A stretch of 63,590 bases of DNA, counting the filler, from Octopus bimaculoides (taxonomy: Eukaryota), in NCBI RefSeq assembly GCF_001194135.2. It is 4 parts of 4 records of this genome, joined end to end, with 100 filler letters (N's around TTAATTAATTAA, not from the genome) between each part and the next. Parts side by side here need not be neighbours in the genome. Positions count along the whole stretch, not along the records: positions 62,507 to 63,590 come from NW_026405952.1; 3 more parts are not named here. One strand, written 5' to 3'. Shown piece by piece: positions 63,551 to 63,590 of this stretch. Below the pieces are notes generated by a model. It was given only the letters and a program-made list of their open reading frames with translations, was not told the origin of the DNA and searched no databases. The translations under genes were made by a program, and so were the position numbers. Each line of letters opens with the position of its first letter. Within the stretch, counting starts at the first letter, position 1.

Positions 63551-63590
<40 letters not shown>
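63355..63590. repeat. TA/TACA-rich low-complexity repeat
   Basis: Visible directly. Confidence 0.95.

Overview
This is repeat-dominated eukaryotic DNA: AT-rich, dense in microsatellites, with many N gaps. I infer a coleoid cephalopod, most likely Octopus, from the SINE families and repeat landscape. I found no intact protein-coding gene, rRNA, true tRNA or CRISPR array. Nearly all ORFs in the track are microsatellite, gap or transposon artefacts. The window holds at least four recurring short-retroposon families, labelled A, B, C and E here as working names. It also holds decayed transposons: a complete Tc1, mariner, probable Chapaev3 and hAT remnants, Tx1/L1, CR1 and L2-like LINEs, R4/Dong-like RLE elements, an RTE 3' end and a Penelope GIY-YIG region. 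The most interesting signal is family E, a roughly 220-bp CAA-tailed repeat with no tRNA head whose 5' end fits an HDV-like self-cleaving ribozyme fold and which occurs in tandem arrays. Other signals are hammerhead-like relics, Dong-like insertions into (TAA)n, two long fold-back palindromes, a CR1 split into back-to-back inverted halves, and a local inverted duplication. All alignments, translations and folds were done by eye and need computational confirmation.
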